In this document: positions 42,530 to 44,707 of the stretch, piece after piece
Layout of the letters: every line of letters starts with the position of its first letter
How positions within the stretch are numbered: position 1 is the stretch's first letter
Assembly: GCA_903854535.1 (NCBI GenBank)
Contig: CAINWR010000037.1
Span: 1 to 44,707 of the forward strand
From: Candidatus Staskawiczbacteria bacterium
GTDB lineage: Bacteria > Patescibacteriota > Minisyncoccia > Minisyncoccales > Staskawiczbacteraceae
Length of the DNA: 44,707 nt
Reading direction: 5' to 3'
Notes under the pieces: generated by a model
Database searches by the model: none
What the model was told of the DNA's origin: nothing
The model's input: the letters and a program-made list of their open reading frames with translations, nothing else
Translations under genes and position numbers: made by a program

Positions 42530-43292
42530 ATTTTTAGATAATATAAAAAATATTCTACAACTTAGTTATTCTCTATCGAAAACAAATTTTAAGCTTAGAA
42601 ATGAAAAGAGCTATTTGGGTATATTTTGGTATCTTTTAGAACCATTAAGTTTTTTTATTACTTTGTATGCATTAGGAAGTTTTTTGGGTGGGGATAATAT
42701 AGAAAAGTTTCCACTTTACTTATTCCTTGGCATTATTATGTTTAATTTTTTCTCATCTTGCACTATGGCTTCTTGTAATATTATTGAAGCTAATGCTGGA
42801 TTTATAAAATCCTTAAACATTTCAAAAACGCCATTTGTTTTTTCTGTTTTATTTCAATATTCATTTTCTCATTTCTTTGAAATATTTATATTCTGTATAT
42901 TTATGTTTTTGCTTGGATCTAATCCTTTGCTAATTTTATTATATGTACCAATTTTTTTAGTTTACTTTTTTATGGTAGCTGGTATTTGTTTTGTATTATC
43001 TGCGGTGGGGGTTTTTGTTTCTGATATATCAAATGTTTGGAATATTTTTAGTAGGATATTATGGTTTTTAACCCCAATTTTTTATTTTGCACCAAAAGAT
43101 AGCTTTGTGGGTATGATTAATCCAATTAACCCAGTTTATTATTTTATATACATTGCTCGAGAAATATGTATTTACGGAAGGATTCCAAGCTTGATGTATG
43201 TAATAGTCGGGCTATTTTCAGCTTTGATATCTTTTTCTTTTGGGTTAATATTATTTAATATATTTAAATTTAAGTTCGCAGAAAAGCTATGA
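42519..43292 (+). CDS. ABC-2 type exporter permease (Wzm/TagG-like)
   Basis: YLGIFWYLLEPL start motif, 6 TM helices, and overlaps with both neighbouring genes. Confidence 0.75.
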   Translation: MRNKFLDNIKNILQLSYSLSKTNFKLRNEKSYLGIFWYLLEPLSFFITLYALGSFLGGDNIEKFPLYLFLGIIMFNFFSSCTMASCNIIEANAGFIKSLNISKTPFVFSVLFQYSFSHFFEIFIFCIFMFLLGSNPLLILLYVPIFLVYFFMVAGICFVLSAVGVFVSDISNVWNIFSRILWFLTPIFYFAPKDSFVGMINPINPVYYFIYIAREICIYGRIPSLMYVIVGLFSALISFSFGLILFNIFKFKFAEKL

Positions 43293-44053
43293 AAAATAAT
43301 ATCATTATTAGAGTATCTAATGTGTCAAAGAAATTTACAGTTGATTGCAAGGAAAGTAAGAGTATTTTGCATAATATTATATATTTCCTTAAGAAAAAAT
43401 CTAATAAAGAAATTATAGCTTTAAGCGATATTAATTTTAAAGTTTTTAATGGAGATACCTTAGCTATTTTGGGTGATAATGGCTCTGGTAAAAGTACTTT
43501 GCTAAAAATTATCTCAAAAATATATTATCCTGATTCTGGTTATGTAAAATTGAGTGGTGATTGTATATATCTAAATGGTTTTGGGCACGGAATGAATCCA
43601 AGGCTAACAATGAAGGAAAATATTTTTCTTATGGGTTCTTTAATGGGTATAGATAGTAGAAATGTAAGATTGCTTATAGGTGATATTGTTAAATTTTCTG
43701 GATTGCAAGAATTTATGGATGTAAAAGTTTATCAGTTTTCTTCTGGGATGATAATAAGATTGCTATTCTCCTCAACTATAACTTTTGTAGAATTTAAGAA
43801 ACCAAAAATTATAATATTAGATGAAGTATTTAATGCTGGCGGTGATTTAGATTTTCAAAAGAAAGCAATAGAAAAAATGAATCAATTAATAAAAAATAAT
43901 ATATGTGTTATTATCGCTAGTCACGATCTTTCTTTGATTAGAAATTATGCAAATAAAGTAATTTGGCTAAAAGGAGGGAAGATTTTTAAAATTGGTGATC
44001 CAGATAAAATTACAAAAGAATATGAAAACAGCAATCATTTCATATATAGATGA
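43289..44053 (+). CDS. ABC exporter ATP-binding protein (Wzt/TagH-like)
   Basis: Walker A GDNGSGKST, signature FSSGM, Walker B IIILDE. Confidence 0.85.
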   Translation: MKNNIIIRVSNVSKKFTVDCKESKSILHNIIYFLKKKSNKEIIALSDINFKVFNGDTLAILGDNGSGKSTLLKIISKIYYPDSGYVKLSGDCIYLNGFGHGMNPRLTMKENIFLMGSLMGIDSRNVRLLIGDIVKFSGLQEFMDVKVYQFSSGMIIRLLFSSTITFVEFKKPKIIILDEVFNAGGDLDFQKKAIEKMNQLIKNNICVIIASHDLSLIRNYANKVIWLKGGKIFKIGDPDKITKEYENSNHFIYR

Positions 44054-44707
44054 TAATGTAAAAGAGAATTTTAAAGATGATTTTTTAACTACATTAAGAA
44101 ATAATGCCAATTATAAAGGGGAGGTTTTTTTAATATATTACGGTAGAGATAAAGAGTTTGTAAAAGAAATAGAACAAAAGTTTAAAGTAAAAACTATTTT
44201 TGCAGTTAAAAAATATATAGCTTCTAATCAAAGGAATATTGATTTATATAAATTGATAACCTCTTTACCAAAAGAAATAACAAATATAATGTGTGTTGAC
44301 GGGGGAGATGTATGGTTTCAAGATAGTATAGATGATATATTTGACGCCACAAAAGATACTTATGGGTTTGTGGAAGAAGATAATATGGCAGACCAAGGTT
44401 TTAATTTATATTGTTTAAATCAAATTAAAAATGATAAAATAAAGGATTTATTTTTAAAAAAATTTTCTAATAAAAGATTAATAAATAGTGGGATGATATG
44501 TGGCAATAGATATAAAGTATTAAAAATTTTAAAAGAAGTTGCAGAGATAACAAATAAGATAGATCAAGATTTCTTTGCATTAGATCAAGTGATTTTTAAT
44601 TACGTTATTAGAAAAAACAATAGAGGTGTAAGTTTAGATGTTACAGTAAATGAACCTTTGTCCAGGTATAGCAAATTATGGAAACTTCACAATTTAGTTA
44701 TCACTCC
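44022..44707 (+). CDS. putative glycosyltransferase (GT8-like), 3'-truncated by the window end; absent from the ORF track
   Basis: Open frame from ATG 44022 to the window end (MKTAIISYIDDNVKENF...CVDGGDVWFQDSIDDIF...NSGMICGN). A DxD-like motif and NSG motif resemble GT8. Confidence 0.5.
   Translation, partial: MKTAIISYIDDNVKENFKDDFLTTLRNNANYKGEVFLIYYGRDKEFVKEIEQKFKVKTIFAVKKYIASNQRNIDLYKLITSLPKEITNIMCVDGGDVWFQDSIDDIFDATKDTYGFVEEDNMADQGFNLYCLNQIKNDKIKDLFLKKFSNKRLINSGMICGNRYKVLKILKEVAEITNKIDQDFFALDQVIFNYVIRKNNRGVSLDVTVNEPLSRYSKLWKLHNLVIT

Overview
This is an AT-rich bacterial chromosome segment with short genes and consensus sigma70-like promoters. By inference only, it resembles a CPR/Patescibacteria-type genome. 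The housekeeping backbone includes ftsK, recA, rpsF-ssb-rpsR, trpS, RNase J, uvrC, secG, rsgA, a PMM/PGM, a PGI/PMI, tRNA-Leu(CAG), a zur-znuACB zinc-uptake operon and a Wzm/Wzt-type export cluster. Discrete G+C-rich islands interrupt this backbone. A hand count gives 33/60 G+C at 6541-6600 versus 19/60 at 19801-19860 inside ftsK. Two islands are complete diversity-generating retroelements (DGRs), at 27619-30160 and 38023-40728. In each DGR a ~120-nt template repeat (TR) differs from the 3' end of the target gene (the variable region, VR) only at TR adenines: 16 sites in the first and 21 in the second. Each has a reverse transcriptase (RT) with the DGR signature LGNxTSQ plus YCDD, and an Avd-like four-helix-bundle gene. 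The layout looks unusual. avd lies antisense between TR and RT, its start codon overlaps the RT start head-to-head, and a hairpin straddles the avd stop directly after the TR. DGR-1 also has a G9 tract inside the avd/RT overlap. Other G+C-rich islands are self-contained promoter-SD-ORF-terminator units, two of which encode paralogous 82-84-aa proteins, plus one candidate ~150-nt structured RNA. Further items are a Panacea-type toxin-antitoxin/NYN island, heptamer-repeat hairpins whose motif also occurs in-frame three times in uvrC, and a frameshifted cation antiporter. All calls come from reading the sequence and from remembered family motifs; no searches were run.
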